A DNA stretch of 57,232 bases from Octopus bimaculoides (Eukaryota). The stretch covers positions 42,579,654-42,636,885 of the forward strand of contig NC_068998.1 of the NCBI RefSeq assembly GCF_001194135.2, given 5' to 3'. Position 1 is the stretch's first letter, and each line of letters begins with the position of its first letter. Shown piece after piece: positions 25,126 through 37,797 of the stretch. The position numbers and the translations under genes were made by a program. Under the pieces are notes generated by a model. It was not told where the DNA came from. It searched no databases and saw nothing but the letters and a program-made list of their open reading frames with translations.

Positions 25126-28100
25126 ATATCGGTGGTGGTGTAGTAGTAGTTGCATTTGTTGGCCTCTTGTTATAGTAGTCGTAGTAGCAGTAGTAGTGAT
25201 AATAGCAGAAACAGTATTCTTCTCCTTCTTCTTCTTCTTCTTCTTCTTATTATTATTATCATTATTATTATTTGTAGTAGTAGGAGGAGTAGTAGTAGTT
25301 GCTGCTTTTGTTATTGCTACATTTACCAGAAGCTCAGCCTTGATGAATTTGTGTGATGGTCAAAGTTAGTCCAGCATTGGCCATCCGTATTTTATTCGAG
25401 TGATGGTCATCCGTATGTTATTATCGAGACCCATTCTACATACGGCTAATGTATTCCTAGGTACATATGACAAATCCAGAATTAAAACTGCCGGGTAGAG
25501 AAGGAAATGGTCACAATTTGGTGATAAAGGAGATTTCACAAACATCGAAATAATAAAAAAAGCACAAAACAAAACAAAAAACAAAACCTTTGTGTCTTTT
25601 TTTTTATTCACCGGAAAGGGACGACCCCTTTCGCTCCTCACGGGCCCTTCATAGAGCTAAGTTGTTTGATGTGTCGGTTTAAATAGATTTTAAATTACGA
25701 TTTGAAACCAAACGATTTGGCTGCTATTTCAAGCAGGTCGTGTCTCTATATCAGCCTTGAGTAAAGTGCAGACCACGGGACATTCTGAATATTGCACCTA
25801 ACGTAAAAATCACCTTGAATATTTTTTGTAGCAGTGCGATCCGCCTGTCGATGAGCTATATCACAAGCGGCCGCTTCTGGATAAAGATCGTGTATGGCTG
25901 ACCTAACCCGCAGGCCCCCTCTGTGACTGTAGATTCCTGAAGTGGAGACATTGGAACTGGGATAGCTACACACAACGTGACCTCAATTAGAGCTCACAAG
26001 ACGCTATCCCTATCAACTGGGTTACTGATACTATTGTTATTGTTTCTGCCATCGTTGTTGCTATTGTTGTTGTTTTTGTGGGTGTCGCTGTTCATTTTAT
26101 TGTTGTAGCTGTAGTTGCTGCTACTTTTATAGTTGTTATTGCTGTCATCGTTTCGTTCTTGTCGTTGTCGTTGTTGCTGTTGGATGATGCTGCTATTATT
26201 ATTATTATTATTATTATTATTGTTGTTGTTGTTTCTCTTCTCGTCGTCGTCGTCGTCCTTCTTGTTGTCGATGCTGTTGTAAAAATCTTTCCTGATCAAT
26301 CGTAACGTGAATGTCGTGTTTGGTGATAACATTATTATTTTTTTCCCCAGTTCCATAAAGATGTTTTTAAGCTGTTAACTGTTGTATTGTGGAGGTTTAA
26401 ATAGATCGTGCTGTGTTTACAAGATTTGCTTTCGTGAGTAAATTGCTGTTTTTTCTTGTTCTTTTATTTATTTATTTAATTTTATAAATATATTCTGTAC
26501 GTAACTGTGACGTTGAATAGGAAGATAATAACAGTACATCGTCTGTTTATCATCGTCATTTTTGGCTGCCATTAATATTATTACTATAATTTCTACAATA
26601 TCGTGTATTTATCTGGAGATTTTGTCAACACATAAATTTAAAAGTATTTCTGTGAATATTTTTGAAAACAACTTACTGTTTTTAGTATCGTTGCTTAATA
26701 GTCGCTTTCACATAAGGTTCATTTGATTCTGGGAACTTAACCGACATCGTTCGATTAGTGTTCAAGTTATAGCCTCTCATTTTTTGTTGTGATACATAAT
26801 TTTCCAGACATCTTTATCTAGTTTAATCATCCACTTTTAAGATCATAGTGTGTGATTTGAGAAAGGTTTTGTTGCTGTTTCTAGCGGATCAAGGGAGGAT
26901 CCTTTGTTGAATCCCAGTAGCAATGGAAGTAATAATACTACTAAAATATATGGAAAATGGTCTACCACTGTGATTAATTGGGTAAAACAAGTCAAGGGCA
27001 AAAAATCAATGCAAATTTAATTTTGCATCGCAGCTCTTATCGGATCTTTTAACAAAGATCTTTTTCTCTTAAGCCGTACTGTTTGTATCAAAGTACACAG
27101 CCATAAGATCAGATGAGCTCGAAAGTATAGCCTACTATAACGCGTTCGCGTTTTGTTTCTTCACTATAACGTATGCTGGGTAGACAAAAAAATAACCTGG
27201 GAAATCGTTCGATATTTCACTGGGTAAGAACGAAGGTGAAGAGTTATGTGAATTCGTAGTGCCATTTCCGCTGAATGAATTTGATGAGTTAAGCAAGGGG
27301 GCTGTATAGTAGGTTTTAATGACGAATACCTTATAGAGATAAAAGGTAAATTAGTTGGTGATGGGTTAGTAGAGTCGTAATAGTGTCGGATAGTATGTTT
27401 TGAGTTAATTGATTCGGCACCGCGCGTTCTTAGTTCAAATCCTATAGAGATCAACCTGCTTGTTATTCTTTTGGAGTCGGTATAGTACTAGTCAAGTACT
27501 GGAGGTATTACCTCGTACTCTGAATCTCTCTGAATTTCCACGCATGAGAAAACATCTCTAAAGAAAACATTTTACAATTTTTCGAAGAAAATTTCAGAAG
27601 ATATACACAGTAGTGGCCTTGGAAGTCGTCATCGGTCGGTCGTTGATCTGAAAGCGTAAAGAAAAATACTGATGTTTCGTCTAAAAACCTACCATAAAAA
27701 TGAATAAGATCTACATTTTTTTTTTCTTATGCAACAAAAACATCGAAAAAATTTGATGTCTTACAAAATAGAAGTTCGCCGTGTAAACTGGAAAAAATAC
27801 GATGTTTACATTATGAAAATTCAGAAACCTAGATATATCTAGAAAAATATTCAAGGTAAATTTTCATTAGGTGTGCCATTCAGAAAGTCCCCACGAGCCG
27901 CAGTTTTCTCAAGACTGATATAGACACTCGACCTGCTAGAAACAGCAATCAAATCGTTTGGCTTTACGTCGTACTTTCACGTCTATTTAAGCCACCACAA
28001 CAGACAACATAGTCCTAAGATGGACCTCGTTCGAGGCGAAGAGGTCGCCTCATCCCGGTGAACTGAAAAAAAGGAAATTAGTGTTAACTATGAAACCCAA

Positions 28101-28138
28101 ACTAAAAAACCTACATATAAAAGCATATTATATTTATA

Positions 28139-28366
28139 TTGGGTTGTTCGGAAAGATCGTGTCGATTTTTAAAGGAAAGAAAAAGGTCAATAAATACTTG
28201 CCATTACATTTTTAATCAGCCAAATATGAACCATTTTGTTGCGCAATGCGTCTCCATCTTTCCTTTAACTTGAAAATACCCTCTTCGCAGAATTGAGGTG
28301 GTTTCATGGCAAATAAGTCGAAAGGTAAGCTACTATAAACCGGCACGAACTTTCCGGACAACCCAA
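28139..28366 (-). mobile_element. Mariner-derived MITE with TA TSD, retaining the transposase C-terminus
   Basis: TIRs ttgggttgttcggaaagatcgtgtcg / ccggcacgaactttccggacaacccaa, with TA on both sides. Minus strand reads FDLFAMKPPQFCEEGIFKLKERWRRIAQQNGSYLAD*, a typical mariner C-terminus. Confidence 0.92.
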
Positions 28367-28499
28367 TATAATGGGTTGCATGAGAGTCATGGTCATAGAG
28401 GATGTTGGTACTAATTCCACGGGTAACTTTTGGCTTTTTCCCATCCAACGGGTTTTCAATTCAATATTCAACCCCTTATAATTTATAACTCTTCTGAAG

Positions 28500-28700
28500 G
28501 CTGCACATTTCCTTAGCAGAATCTTTAGCATGCCAGGCAAAAAGCATAGTTGCATTTCGTCTGTCTTGAGTTCAAATTCCGCCGAGGTTGATTTTGCCTT
28601 TCCGGGTCGATAAAATAAGTATCAGTTGGATAATGGGGTCGATGTAATCGACTGCCCCTACCCATAAATTGGTGTCCTTGTGCAAAAATTTGAAATTCTT
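28500..28700 (+). mobile_element. SINE family B, decayed
   Basis: cagaatctttagcatgccaggc...gagttcaaattccgccgagg...ccttgtgcaaaaatttgaa. Confidence 0.8.
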
Positions 28701-31700
28701 ATTAATAGCTTTTTTACTTCGAGTTCTACGATAAACATAGTTTACTTGGAAAATAAAAATGTTCGGTTCAATTTCTATCTAGTTTTTAAAGAATTAAACG
28801 GAAATAATGAATCTCTAAGCAGAGAATTCTATTTATAGCGAAGTAATTGAAAATTTGTATTTTTCTTGATGTAAATGTTTACCTTTCATAAATTAGTAAT
28901 GAGTAATAAAACGAATTAGTAATTCGTTTTAGTAATAAAACCTGAAAAAAAAATTATAACAATGCATGTAATGTATTTGAAGAACCAAACCACTCAAAAA
29001 TTATTTTATGGAACAGTGAATCTCGAAACACGTAAAGCTATAAAGCTATTAAATGCTACGATTGATAATTTTAGGCGTTTCAAGAAACATTATTTTACGT
29101 TCTCTCAAAAGTTTATAAATTACTACGATGTCAACAGCATACGATTTTTTTTTCCGGTAAGATTAAACTTTCTGAAATGCTTACAGAATTTTGGAGGATT
29201 ACTTTGGTCGAATGGTAAAATGCCTCCACGTGTGTCTACAGGAAATTTGAGTTCGAGTCTCACAAGCAGCGTTCGAATTTTTCTAGCCATAAAGGATTTT
29301 TTCAATGCAACATTTATATGCGATTATTCAGAGCTTTATGTATCTTCCGAAATCCACTGTTTCAAAGAAAATATATATATATATATTTCGCATTCTCCCA
29401 CGAATCTATCAATTTTTATGACGTAACTGAAATTGTTTTTTTCTTTATAAAAAATATAGTTTTTGTGCTTAAATCACAGATTCTTCAGTATCCATTCAAA
29501 ATTCCTTACGAAAAAATTAAACAGTAAAAGAAAAAATTATACAGATGCTAGAGAGTATAAATGGCTTATTTTCTGTATAAAAAAAATATGTTTATCGTGC
29601 TTAATTTTTGTTAAAATTTTGTTCCGTAACAAATCCTGAGATAAGTTTGGGGTAAAGACACAACGAAATATTTTTTTCTTAAATCAAACGATTAAAAACT
29701 CATGATTTTTTTCTCTCTTGTGTGTATGTGCATGTAAGTGTTTTACTGAACAATTTTAAATTTAGATACGACTCTGTATATGAGTATGGCTCTCTTTGTG
29801 TTTGTGTGTATGTATATCTATCTATCTATCTATCTGTCTATCTATCTATCTATGTACGTATATATATGTAGCTAAATTTAAAATTGTTAGGTAAAACTAA
29901 AGCTTTGTCAACTAAACTTAAAATAGAATATATAACTGTACGAGGTGAATTTTTTTGGAATCAAAAGTTTGAAAATGTGGAGGATGTTTTGTGCGTAAAA
30001 CAAAAAAAAAACATTTGTAACTCTACCGCTTGTCGAGAAAAACTTAAATTTTATCTCCAAATCTTAAAGTACATTAAAGTTTGAAGAGAGAATTTTAAGC
30101 GAAGGAAATCATTTGATTTATTGTTTAAATTTTTTTTATGTACAACGAATGTAGCTTTTCATTAAAACCTCAAATCCATTGATAAAGATTTAGTTTTCTT
30201 CCAAATTTTGAAGAAATGATTCAGAATTTCTATTTCGTTGTTCGCGAAACAGGCACAGATACCACACATATATGCTCTCCTATATCGCTCACTTACTATT
30301 AAAGCAGAAAATATTCTCACATTTCTGCTTAGTCTGAGCTCGGTCTTGCGAATGGATCCTACAAGCACTTTTTCCTGGCTGTCTTTTTGTAATGTCATTT
30401 ATTCTTTTCTACCTTCTCCTCCCAGTTTCTTCTGTACTTTTCTGAACTATCTGAAGAATGACGAAATCCGAAACGTAATACTCTTTACTTTTTCAAGTTT
30501 TCCTTGAGCACCAAACTTAAAACATTACTACTGAACATATCTTGCACGTGTGTTGTGTTTTTAGAGCTGGCAGTTAAATTGAAATGTAATTGGTCATAAT
30601 GACGTTTCGTAACCCAGACATACTATAACCAAAGATACGAAAGAAACATTTACAGATATAAATCATTGGAAAAAAAAGAAAAGAAATGCAAAATTCCTTC
30701 ACACAAGAAACAATTTATTGGTAACTAAATTTGCATTTGTTTGGGTCATACTAGAGTTTAGTTAATAAAAAAAATAATTGAAAAATATTTTTTTTGTTAT
30801 GTTTTAACGCAACAAAATCATTAAAATATGTTATGGATTTCTGTCATTGTTCGTGCAAAAATTACAGTTTTGTCTTGTTTTTCGTTATCAATTGTTTAAT
30901 AATATTAGAATGTTGTCTACAAAAAAAATCTAAACGAAATTATACGGCGACCATTTTTCCATAGCGCACCGAAGATGAAATATTATCGCGTTTTATTATG
31001 TATATTTTTTTTTATAAATTCTTGTGACTAAATTAATATTTATTGTCTTTCCCTTAATTAAGTTTTGCCTGCAAAACCTGGGTAGAACGAGAGAAAAAAA
31101 GATATTTCAATAAATATTTTCTTTTTTTTTTATTACACAAACGAAATGATTAAAAATTGTGTTTTTTTTTTCCCTATAAATATATTTAAAAATTTCTCAT
31201 CATATGAAAAATAGTTTTGCTGTTTTTTAGCCATAGTAGATTTTAAAATATTTGTTGTGGAATATTTCAGTTTTGCCTGCAAAACATTTACGAAAAATAG
31301 AAAATAAATAAAGGAAGGAAGAATTTATGATGTTCTCTAATAATTAATGTTGTTCTTACTGTTGTTGCTATCTTTCTGAAGAAGAGGTTTATTTTTATTT
31401 CATTTTATTTTATTTAATTTATCTTTATTTATTTATTTTTTTTTTGTAGAAAATAATTATTTGATAATATTTGACTTTTGGCAACAAAGCCAGAGAAAGA
31501 GAGAGGAGACGAGAAAGGGAGAGAGAGATGGGAGAATGATATGAAGAGCGATAAAAAAGAGGGAAAGAGAGAGGAAGAGAGGGGAGACGAGATAGGGAGA
31601 GAGAGAGATGGGAGAATATGAAGAGAGATAGAGAAAGAGGGAAAGATAGAGGAGAAACCGGGGAGAAACATTGGGCGAGAGAGAAGGAGAGCTAGAAAGT

Positions 31701-32419
31701 GAGAAAACGATAGAGAAGAGAAAGAATGTGTGTGAGAGAGGGAGAGAGAGAGAGAAAAATTGCAGAGAGACATTCTTGATGCGACATAAATGAGTGAAAA
31801 TTTTGTATTTCTGAAAGACAAAATATCTTTTTTTACAAAGTTAAAATGGAATTTTTATGATGCAAAAAGAATAACTATCTGTCTGTAAGTCTATCTCTCG
31901 TATTTCTCTCCCTCCCTCCCTCCCTCCCTCTATCTCTCTCTCTATATATATNNNNNNNNNNNNNNNNNNNNNNNNNNNNNNNNNNNNNNNNNNNNNNNNN
32001 NNNNNNNNNNNNNNNNNNNNNNNNNNNNNNNNNNNNNNNNNNNNNNNNNNNNNNNNNNNNNNNNNNNNNNNNNNNNNNNNNNNNNNNNNNNNNNNNNNNN
32101 NNNNNNNNNNNNNNNNNNNNNNNNNNNNNNNNNNNNNNNNNNNNNNNNNNNNNNNNNNNNNNNNNNNNNNNNNNNNNNNNNNNNNNNNNNNNNNNNNNNN
32201 NNNTACTTAAATCAATAATTATTGTGTATTTTCTAAGGCCAGTGTATTTTGTGTATAGTTAAATGAATATTTGTCAAATAATTGTAATAGAAAAAAAATA
32301 TATTTTGTGCTTAGTTAAATTAATAATTCATCTAATGTATCTATAATGAAAAATAATTTTTGACGAAGTTCAATTAATGTTTATTATATAACTCTTATGC
32401 AAATGAAGATATCTCGTGT

Positions 32420-32600
32420 GGTGTGAACTTAACATGTGTGGCTTAGTGATTAGAAGTGTTGGTCTAAGATACATATATTAAGGTCATGAGTTCGATTCTT
32501 GCATCAAGTGATGCATCATGACCTTGAGCAAGGCACATCATTTCACATTGCTCCAGGCTGCTCAGCTGTTAAATGAGTACAATCCAACTGCTGAGGCAGC
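32420..32600 (+). mobile_element. SINE family D, decayed
   Basis: gtgtggcttagtgattag...gagttcgattc...gaccttgagcaaggcacatcatttcacattgctcc. Confidence 0.7.
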
Positions 32601-32814
32601 TCTTCCTCCCTCCCTCTTGATGTCACATCCTTGATGTTTCCCTAAATCTAATATGCTTTTCTACTCTAGGCACAAGGCCCGAAATATTGGTGGAAGGGGC
32701 TAGTCAATTAGATCGACCTCAGTACCTTTAACTGCAGAAAGTAGTTTTATATACCAACCTAACTCTTGTTGGTGAATGTCATGTTTGGAATTATTTATTA
32801 TAGAGAAACGTCAA

Positions 32815-33200
32815 GTTTATTGAGGTTAGGTGGCGGCTGCGTGGTAAAAAGCTTGCTTTTCAAGTACATGGCACATGGTTACGGGTTCAGTCCCACTGTG
32901 TGGCACCTTAGGCAAGTGTCTTTTTCTATAGCCTCGTATCGACCAAAACCTAAAAGAAGGCTGTTGTATACACACACACACACACACATATGTTTACGTT
33001 TGTGTCTATGTATCTCCCCATTTAACCGCTTGACAACCGGTGTTAGTATGTCTCCGTTCCCGTAATATAGCGGTTCGGCACAATCGAGCGATACAATAAG
33101 TACGAGACTTTAAAAAAGTACTATGATCGATTCGTTCGACTAAAAATTGAGGTCGTGCTGTAGCATGACCGCAGTCTAATGACTAAAACAATGTAAAAAA
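32815..33200 (+). mobile_element. SINE family A, decayed full length
   Basis: ggcggctgcgtggtaaaaagcttgc...gggttcagtcccactgtgtggcacc...gcatgaccgcagtctaatgactaaaaca. Confidence 0.8.
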
Positions 33201-34441
33201 AAAAAAACAAGTGTGATTTGCAGAAAATATCAATTCCATTTTTTCAGTAGACATTTAACTTCATTCCTAGAATAACCATGAAATTTAACTTCGCAGTTAG
33301 AAGATTAATACATAGTTTTCTGTGTTGATTAATAGACGAAAACATCCAGCTGTTTCTAATGCTCCTTTCCAACCAGGATCATTAAGTAGGATCTAAGTTA
33401 AGTCTATACAGTGATACATCGGTCTGGGTCCCCATAGAGCAATGGTTCTCAACTGAGTTCCTTATGGCCTTTAAGGGGGTCATGAGATTTTATTGTTAAA
33501 ATTTAAGTGCAATAAATTGGTTACATTACTGAACCTTGGGAGGGGCATTATTTTAGTTAGACGTTTCTCTACTTCCATGGAAGTAGAGATACGTGTCAGT
33601 GAAGAGATTGCAACTATGCGATGAAATAATTATTTGATAAAGAAGAGAAATGACAACACTAACAATATTGAACATTTGAACACCTTAACTGTTTGGCCAA
33701 AGTGTTTAATATATGAGTTTGAAAGACTAGTAAAAAACGGCTGATAAATAAATTGGTTAACGGAGTAACTAACTCATTGACTAATAATAACAATAAAGGA
33801 TCGAACCAGTGCGTCTGTTTATTATTACCGGTATAACGCCCCTCCCAAGGTTCAATAGTATTTCTTTCAACACCCAAATTCACATCAAGAATCTTGCATA
33901 CAAAATACAAATCGGTTATACTTCTATAATACACAAAATCTTTTTAGTTTTTTTTTATACAATTCCATATTTTTTTAATGATAGAAATATAATAAGGTTT
34001 TTAAAACATAAAATACCTATGAGGGTCCACCCAAGTAAAGTAGGAATCAAAGGTGTCCATAGGTAAAAAAAAATAGATGAGAATCACTGCCATGGCATTC
34101 CGTAAGAGATCGTGAACATTTAGTAAGTCCCCTTCCTTTAAAATAATCACGGCTTCCTTGAATTTTGAGAGGGGACACGAGAGGGCTCAGAGTAATCATA
34201 TTTTCTTTGTATGATCTCTCTCGGAGGCTCTGTTCCTAGTCCTTAATTTATTGCCATCTCCTCTCATTAAGCGCCATTTAAGCATCATCAGATTTCAGGA
34301 CTGAATGCATCAAGACGTTTGCGTTCAGTTGTGTTTAACGTTCATATGTTCTGACTTAGGCGAGGGCTGAGGCTACTGGGGTGGATTTTAGTTGGAATCC
34401 TGATAAGGGTAGACTTGAAATACATTCAATGGTTGAGTATA

Positions 34442-34702
34442 CAGGTTTGGCCAAAAGTCAACAGACAGTAAATCAAAACCATTTAATTCCCAAAATTTAT
34501 TTACGTTTAACAACTGAATGAATTTAATAAAAGCATCTAAATATGAAACATCATGAAAATTGTTCAAACTGAAGTTCTTGTAGGCATTCATAATTGGAAT
34601 GAATAAATATAATTTAATATTAATTGAAATGAATAAATAAAGCTGAATATAAAGTATTTATGGAATTTTGATTTACTGTCCGGTGTCTTTTGGCCAACCC
34701 TA
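34442..34702. mobile_element. Tc1/mariner-type MITE with TA TSD
   Basis: Left end caggtttggccaaaagtcaacagacagtaaatcaaaa versus reverse complement of the right end tagggttggccaaaagacaccggacagtaaatcaaaa. TA on both flanks, AT-rich non-coding interior. Confidence 0.88.
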
Positions 34703-36924
34703 TATATCTGGCATTGCATTGTTGCAATCTCTATCTCTACTTCCATGGACATCGAGAGACGTTTCACTAAAGAGATTTGACTAAAAAAAGAAATGACAGT
34801 ACTAACATAATGAAATCTATATCAGTATGTCACTGGTATTCTTTTTTAGTCAGTAAGTGTGTCTGTGTATGAATGGTTAATCAGCCGGCTAGAAATAACA
34901 CCTAAATCTCCCTCCTATTATACTTTGTGTTTAAAACAAAAGAAAGGACATATTTGATAATAATACAGTGTGATGTCTGACTGCTTGACTATCGACCTTT
35001 CTGCTTCACTGTCTATATGCTTGTCTTGCTACCTACCTGTCTGTCTATGTTAGTCCATCTCTTTTTGTATTTCTGTCTGCCTGTTGGTCAGTGTCTCACT
35101 GATTGACTTACCGTCTGTTTCTCTGCTTGACTCTCTGACTGACAGCCTCGCTATCTGTCTGTTAGTCTGTCGCTGTTAATCTATCTTATCTCTCGTGTCT
35201 ATTAAATTTTGTACGCTATCACACTTCACTTTAAGCATTGAGCTGACAACGTTTCGCCGGTACTGTCAATATATGTGTGTATGCGTATGTGCATGCGTGA
35301 ATGTCTGTGTGTGTGCGTGTCTGTGCGTGTACCATTCTCTCTCTTTCCCTCTTTCTCTCTCTTCCTCTCTCTCTCTCTCTCTCTCCCTCTACTTTTCTCT
35401 ACTTTTCTCTTTCTGCCTCTCTTATTTTCACTTATCATCTTGTCCCCGTCTCCCTTCCCTTTTCCCTTTCTTCACATCTTGTTCAATATTTAAGTAATAA
35501 TGTATCTGTCTGCCTCGAAGGCTTTCATACACTTATTTCCATCACCTCCCTTCAGCACACACACTCACACATCACACACACACACACATCATACACATAC
35601 GAATACACATTAATATACATGTGTGTGAGTATATATACACATATGCACGTATATCTAAATACATATGCAACTACGGATGCATATAAATACTCATATTTAT
35701 CTATATATAAAAATATATACGTACATATATATATATCTATAAATACATATGTGTGTGTGTGTGTGTGTGTGTACGGGCGCACGCGTGCACATGGGTACAC
35801 ATACGAACACGTTATATATATGTGTGTGTGTGGGTATATATATATTATGTATATATATATGTCTGTATATAAATATACACATATATAAAGTCTATATTAT
35901 ATATATATATATATGTATATGTATATATTATATATATATATANNNNNNNNNNNNNNNNNNNNNNNNNNNNNNNNNNNNNNNNNNNNNNNNNNNNNNNNNN
36001 NNNNNNNNNNNNNNNNNNNNNNNNNNNNNNNNNNNNNNNNNNGTATATGTATATATTATATATATATATATATAAAGTATATATATGTATATGTATATAT
36101 TATATGTATATATATATATATACACACACACACTTTATAGCATGGTTGTATCTTAGTTTACCGATCATTATAAAGTAACAATATATTAGTGACTAATGCA
36201 ATCTATGTCACCGTCTTCTTCTTCTTCTTCTTCTTTTGCTGCCTAATCTTCCATTTATTTAGACTTACTCTTCTCCTTTCCCAGCATTTTTACGTAACTA
36301 CTTTGTAGCACTGGTTTTTACTATCTATACTTATAGTCATTCTTATCAAATTTACATAGAATTTTATTTCCTCCCCTTACATTTATACATTTGTGTGCGT
36401 GCTTGTGTGTGTATATATATATATATTTATATATTGTATAGTTCTTAAATGCGATCCAGAGATTCTCCGTATAGAAGTCACTTAGTAGCGTTCAAAAGAT
36501 TAAAACTTAGATTCTAGTGTCTTCACAGGAGATAATATTCCATGGGGTAAAGAAAGGCTAGAAGAGGGATCAAGTCGAGCTGATATAGAGGCAGTTATGC
36601 AGATCAACAAATTTGAAACATCAATTGAATTTAATATATTAATGTTTAATTAGCTGCACCCGTGAAAAATTCACGGAAAGCATAAAAAAATGATCCACAC
36701 ACATGCGTACAAACAAAGAAACAAAAAGGAACGCAGTGTGAGTAACGGACAGAGTCAAAGCTATTGAAAAGGTTGCAAGACACAACGAAAAGAAATGAGT
36801 GGAAATTTTACCGGTGAGTGTGTTAAATTATGAGGCACCAAGAGAGAATGACTATACCCAGACACAATAAAAAATCTAAGCATCTATAAACAGTGTACTG
36901 GTGCCATGAAAAATGTTTGTATAT

Positions 36925-37308
36925 TATGACCGTCTGTCTTTACGTTCTGAGTTCAAATTCTGCCGAGATCGGCTTTGCCTTTCATCCTTTCGGGGTCGAT
37001 AAATTAAGTACCAGTTAGGCACTGGGGTCGATGTAATCGACTTAATCCCTTTGTCTGTCCTTGTTTGTCCCCTTCTAAGTTTAGACCCCTGTGGGCAATA
37101 AAGAAATTAGAATCGTTAGCACGCCAGGCAAAATGCTTAGCGGTATTTCGTCTGTCTTTACGTTCTGAGTTCAAATTCCACTGAGGTCGACTTTGCCTTT
37201 CATCCTTTCGGGGTCGATAAATTAAGTACCAGTTGCATACTGGGGTAGATCTAATCGACTGAGCCCTTCCCCCAAAATTTCGGGCCTTGTGCCTAGAGTA
37301 GAAAAGGA
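36925..37308 (+). mobile_element. Dimeric SINE B (variant-tail monomer plus head-clipped standard monomer)
   Basis: Same architecture and junction (gggcaataaagaaatt/agaatcgttagcacgcc) as 14393-14823. Confidence 0.9.
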
Positions 37309-37394
37309 TATCTGTGCGGGAGGACGAAAGTTCAGATCTCATTGGTCTCTGGTCCTCCATGCCCTGCTCTTTAATTGGTCACTGTCCATGTCCT

Positions 37395-37797
37395 TTAGAA
37401 ACCACCTGAGCTCCGTAGGTACCAGGACGCTTCGCAGGGTTGTGGGTCACCACTGGTCGGTTTTCGTATCCAACTTACGACCTTACTCAGCAATTGGGAT
37501 GCGTCCTGTTATTTCTATGATTCAGGGCGTCACCTCAGACTGCTTGGTCATGTCGCTTGATTTTCTGTGTTAGATCCTGCTCACAGTGTTCTCTTCACTG
37601 AAGGGCCCGGTTGGGTTGACAGCTTCTTGTTGGTCGACCACATACCACAACGTCATGGCAGGGGATGTGGTATCTAGCAGAGATGGGGATTGCATGTGAC
37701 TCTGCCCGGTAGGTCACCCAGGCGGACCCGGGAATATCCCGATAAATCGTTAATGCAGCAACGCACTACGACAGCAAAAGACTCCTACACCTAACAT
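37395..37797 (+). mobile_element. RTE-clade LINE 3' fragment, decayed
   Basis: LRRVVGHHWSVFVSNLRPYSAIGMRPVISMIQGRHLRLLGHVA*FSVLDPAH; homologous to 18546-18925. Confidence 0.85.

Noticed and set aside
25914-25936. IYSHRGG as a GDPD phosphodiesterase motif
   Set aside because: The downstream PENT motif is absent.
28030-28070. GC hairpin followed by CTGA as a Helitron 3' end
   Set aside because: It is not followed by T, and no matching 5' TC end or homologous copy is visible.
30250-30470. Possible piggyBac cysteine-rich remnant
   Set aside because: The Cys spacing is incomplete, and there are no TIR or TTAA features.
34290-34360. Minus-strand *TLNTTERKRLDAF resembling an RTE motif
   Set aside because: Too short and decayed to call as a feature.
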